Positions 61,498 to 64,000 of a DNA stretch of 64,000 nt are shown in pieces (positions within the stretch are counted from its first letter, which is position 1; the number at the start of each line of letters is the position of its first letter). The DNA is from an uncultured Bacilli bacterium (lineage in GTDB: Bacteria > Bacillota_I > Bacilli_A > RF39 > UBA660). The notes beneath the pieces are model-generated. The model searched no databases. It worked only from the letters and a program-made list of their open reading frames with translations, and had not been told where the DNA came from. Where the stretch lies: contig CANQQV010000005.1 of the NCBI GenBank assembly GCA_947626095.1, positions 24,572 to 88,571 of the forward strand, read 5' to 3'. The translations under genes were made by a program, and so were the position numbers.

Positions 61498-62085
61498 ATG
61501 AAAGTAAGATCCTGGATAAAGATGGGGTTTAGACTTAGTAAGTTTATTATACTAGTGATAGTTGTTTTATTAATGACAGCTACAATTAGTGAGAAAAAGA
61601 TATTTAGGGTAGAAAATTTTAATTTTAATAAATCATTAGGTTTGACGGCGATGGCTTTAAAAGATGAAGAAGAAAAGCCAGTGGTTAAAGAAGAAATTAA
61701 AACTGGTACTAAAGTAGATAGTACTAAATTAGTAGTTAAAGCGACTTATTCGGGTGATTTAACTGGTTATGCAGCTGATTGTCCTAAATGTAATGGGAAG
61801 TTAGCTTGTTTAAGAAATTATAATGTATATAAGAATAATGTAGTTAATTATGAAGATAAAACCTATGGTAGTGTTAGAATAGTAGCTTCATCTAAGAATT
61901 TACCTTGTGGTTCAATAATAAGATTTAATTCTAAAAGAGTTGCTCAAGAAGATACTTATGCAATTGTTTTAGATAGAGGAGTATTAGGTAATAGTATAGA
62001 TTTATTAGTACCAACTGAAGCTTATGCTAGTAAGTATATTGGACGTAGTAAAATAAGTTATGAAGTATTAAGAGTTGGTTGGTAG
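61498..62085 (+). CDS. 3D-domain-like cell wall protein (YabE position)
   Basis: LTGYAADC, IVAS, AIVLDRG..GNSIDL; between tatD and rsmA. Confidence 0.75.
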   Translation: MKVRSWIKMGFRLSKFIILVIVVLLMTATISEKKIFRVENFNFNKSLGLTAMALKDEEEKPVVKEEIKTGTKVDSTKLVVKATYSGDLTGYAADCPKCNGKLACLRNYNVYKNNVVNYEDKTYGSVRIVASSKNLPCGSIIRFNSKRVAQEDTYAIVLDRGVLGNSIDLLVPTEAYASKYIGRSKISYEVLRVGW

Positions 62086-62099
62086 AGAGAAGGAATAAA

Positions 62100-62885
62100 A
62101 TGGGTGAATTTAAGCATAAACATAGTTTAGGACAGAACTTTTTAAAAGATAAGAAAGTCTTAATTAAGATAATTGATAGTGTTGATGTTCAAGAAGATGA
62201 CTTAATTATTGAAGTTGGTCCTGGTCAAGGGGCTTTAACTAAGTATTTAAAGTTATTTCATGCTAATTTAAGATGTTATGAGATAGATACGAGAGTTAAA
62301 AAGTATTTAGATAGTTTTGTTGATGAAAAAACACAGATTATATATGATGATTTTTTAAATATTGATTTAAAGAGTGAAATAAAAGATCTTAAGTATAATA
62401 ATTTATATGTTATTGCTAATTTACCTTATTATATTACGACTCCTATTATTGAGAAGATTATTAATGCGAATGTTGATGTTAAAGCAATGGTTTTAATGGT
62501 TCAAAATGAAGTAGCTGATCGCTTGGCGGCTAAACCTGGTAGTAAAGATTATGGAGCTATTTCTGTATTATTAAACTATTATTTTGATGTTAATAAATTG
62601 TTTGTTGTTAATAGAAGTTCTTTTGAACCTGTTCCTAATGTAGATAGTGCTGTAATTAAATTAGCTAAGAAAGAAGAAGTAGCTAAAGTAGATGAAAAAG
62701 AGTTATTTAACTTCGTTAGAGATGCTTTTGCGATGAAACGTAAGAACTTAAGAAATAACTTAAAGAAGTATGATTTAAAGATTATAGAAACTATTTTAAA
62801 TAAATATAATTTAACGTTACAAGATAGAGCTGAACAAGTATCTTTAGAATGTTTTATTGAGATAGTAAATAATTTAAGTAAGTAA
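62100..62885 (+). CDS. rsmA: 16S rRNA dimethyladenosine transferase
   Basis: SLGQNFL, EVGPGQGALT, ANLPYYITTPI, PVPNVDSAV. Confidence 0.98.
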   Translation: MGEFKHKHSLGQNFLKDKKVLIKIIDSVDVQEDDLIIEVGPGQGALTKYLKLFHANLRCYEIDTRVKKYLDSFVDEKTQIIYDDFLNIDLKSEIKDLKYNNLYVIANLPYYITTPIIEKIINANVDVKAMVLMVQNEVADRLAAKPGSKDYGAISVLLNYYFDVNKLFVVNRSSFEPVPNVDSAVIKLAKKEEVAKVDEKELFNFVRDAFAMKRKNLRNNLKKYDLKIIETILNKYNLTLQDRAEQVSLECFIEIVNNLSK

Positions 62886-62926
62886 TAAATACTTACTTTT
62901 TTTCATATCATTAATGAGGTGATGAT

Positions 62927-63713
62927 ATGGAATTTAAAATAGGAGATTATGTAACAAGAGAAAGTTATAATAATGATGTTGTTTTTATTATTACGGATAT
63001 TATTGATAATGTGGCATTATTAAAAGGTTTTAATGTACGATTAATTGCGAATGCGCCATTAGATGATTTAAATCTATGCGATGAAGATATGCGTAAAGAT
63101 GAATTTATGGAAGAATTAGTTAATGAAAGTCTTTTAGATAGATCAGAAACAGAAGATTTTTTTTATTTACCACCTAAATTATTGCAATTAGATGGCGATC
63201 CCTGACTATTTAGAGAAATGTTTATCTTTTTATAAGAATAATCGAGTAATGGCTTTTGGTAAAGTAATTAAAGAGAGTGAACTAGAAAATAACGTTTATA
63301 AATATTTAGAAGAATATAAACCAGATATTTTAATTATTACAGGGCATGATGCGTATTTAAAGAACAGTGATAATAAAACTGATTTAAAGAACTATAAGAA
63401 TTCGTTAAACTTTGTGAAAGCGGTTAAAGAAGCGAGAAAATATGAAAAGAGTCATGATAAATTACTAATTATTGCGGGTGCTTGTCAAAGTGATTATGAA
63501 GAACTAATTAAAGCTGGGGCAGACTTTGCTAGTAGTCCTAAAAGAGTTAATATCCATGCCTTAGATCCAGCGATTATTGCTACAACAATATCTTTAACGG
63601 AAAAGAATAAAGAAGTAGATGTGAGAAAGTTACTAGAAAAGACTAAATATGGTAAAGATGGAATGGGTGGTTTAATAGTTAATGGCTTTATGTATGTGGG
63701 GTATCCTAGATGA
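62927..63713 (+). CDS. yabG: Sporulation peptidase YabG split into two frames (+1 shift at 63200-63205); recoded gene, pseudogene or sequence error
   Basis: ORF1 ends LLQLDGDP-TGA; +1 frame continues DYLEKCL...ITGHD...AGACQS...ASSPKRVNIHALDP. Confidence 0.88.
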
Positions 63714-63925
63714 GAACAATATATGAAGCTAAAGACTTAATCAAAGCCAATTATGGTAAAAGAGCATTAGTAAAAGTGATAGGAATTCGTAATAAAAATG
63801 AGATGTTTGAAGGGATTATTAGTGAATGTTATGATAACGTATTTATCTTGAATACGAAATTTGGGAAAAAAAGTTTTAGTTATTCGGATGTTTTAGTCGG
63901 AAATATCGCAGTTAAGGTAAAATAA
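63710..63925 (+). CDS. veg: Veg family protein
   Basis: RNK...GIISECYDNVF, SFSYSDVL; after yabG. Confidence 0.9.
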   Translation: MRTIYEAKDLIKANYGKRALVKVIGIRNKNEMFEGIISECYDNVFILNTKFGKKSFSYSDVLVGNIAVKVK

Positions 63926-64000
63926 TTATGTTAAGATTTTTTAGAAATGTCAGTTTTTAATTAATTATAGATAACAAACAAAGACAAGCTTTGTCGAGAA

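Noticed and set aside
1-64000. UGA=Trp (Mollicutes code 4)
   Set aside because: Conserved proteins translate full-length in code 11, TGA ends comK and spoVT at the expected positions, and the yabG break needs a frame change rather than readthrough

Overview
AT-rich chromosomal window from a low-GC Bacillota genome, most consistent with a reduced spore-forming Bacilli lineage (RF39-like; taxonomy is inferred). It spans the replication origin: rpmH-oriC-dnaA-dnaN-comK-recF-gyrB-gyrA, with gene orientation switching at oriC. The left arm carries rnpA-yidC-jag-mnmE-mnmG-rsmG-noc, argS-rpoE-prfA-prmC-spoIIR-murA, spoIID-spoIIQ, hpf-secA and cell-envelope genes. The right arm carries ffs-tadA-dnaX-ybaB-recR-bofA-holB-yaaT-pth-mfd-spoVT-dut-metG-tatD-rsmA-yabG-veg. 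Non-coding elements are a compact (~435 nt) OLE RNA with oapA, a P4-less SAM-I riboswitch, a Met T-box, a minimal SRP RNA, a probable L31 leader, seven parS sites (five with an adjacent DnaA box) and Noc-binding sites. The most notable observations are: (1) the DnaA-box/parS composite array; (2) the miniature, relocated OLE RNA; (3) yabG split at a CCC-TGA +1 site; (4) a Noc lacking its membrane helix but carrying a ~250-aa low-complexity insert; (5) 33-bp-phased NBS half-sites inside gyrA and dnaX; and (6) a degenerate Mbl/MreB-like protein. All calls come from reading the sequence; no database search was run.
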